A stretch of DNA of 47,117 bases from contig CAYTBG010000005.1 in NCBI GenBank assembly GCA_964435925.1, forward strand, positions 1 through 47,117. The letters are read 5' to 3'. Below, one piece after another: positions 46,984-47,117 of this stretch (positions are counted from its first letter, which is position 1; every line of letters starts with the position of its first letter). Origin of the DNA: an uncultured Eubacteriales bacterium (GTDB lineage: Bacteria > Acidobacteriota > Aminicenantia > Aminicenantales > Aminicenantaceae). The translations under genes were made by a program, and so were the position numbers. The notes beneath the pieces are model-generated. The model was not told the DNA's origin. It was given only the letters and a program-made list of their open reading frames with translations, and searched no databases.

Positions 46984-47049
46984 AATATAAAACTTTTTGA
47001 ATGGAGGTAGGTTAAGGTTGTGTTGTGATTTGGTTAAGATTTGATTGAA
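46984..47049 (-). promoter_or_regulatory. Module-4 box plus -10 for the Cys-rich exported protein
   Basis: GTTAAG/GTTGTG/GTTAAG/ATTGAA at 47011, 47022, 47033, 47044 (11-bp phase); -10 TATATT at 46989-46984, the same 22-bp offset as for F. Confidence 0.62.
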
Positions 47050-47065
47050 TTATTTATTATCTATT

Positions 47066-47117
47066 TGAGGTGGACCCCAAAAATTGGACAGAGTGTTAAG
47101 GTAGATGATTTAATAAG
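47066..47117. mobile_element. Terminal inverted repeat of a probable IS3-family insertion sequence (cut by window end)
   Basis: TGAGGTGGACCCCAAAAATTGGACA resembles IS3-family ends (5'-TG..., CCCC-AAAA-TGGACA). A minus-strand frame ends LLNHLP* at 47096, consistent with the right end. No transposase is visible in the window. Confidence 0.62.

Noticed and set aside
19505-47049. CRISPR array or diversity-generating retroelement
   Set aside because: The repeats are 10-11-bp degenerate units without spacers. There is no cas or reverse transcriptase gene, and the duplicated TPR segments do not show adenine-specific differences.

Overview
Bacterial chromosomal window, probably from a diderm of the Acidobacteriota/Ca. 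Aminicenantes type (inferred from gene content only). Left part (1-11.3 kb): a MacAB-like export locus with three FtsX/MacB-type permeases, one ATPase and one membrane-fusion protein. It is divergent from a sigma54 activator/histidine kinase pair and carries two sigma54 promoters with matching enhancer boxes. Middle part (11.4-19.5 kb): a stand-alone KH protein, inositol-3-phosphate synthase, an ECF sigma/anti-sigma/zinc-ribbon operon, an MMPL transporter, a DUF4382-like lipoprotein and several gene remnants. Right part (19.5-47 kb) is the highlight, a 27-kb co-oriented array of four paralogous modules. Each module has a histidine kinase (HK) with a TPR-containing extracytoplasmic sensor, an OmpR-family response regulator (RR), and one or two secreted TPR + double PD40 beta-propeller proteins (six in total, here called A-F). 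Each module carries its own phased direct-repeat box about 22 bp upstream of a -10 element. The N-terminal TPR of the secreted proteins is near-identical within a module while the propellers are shuffled across modules, which suggests an insulated, modular three-component sensing system. The window ends in an IS3-family terminal repeat.
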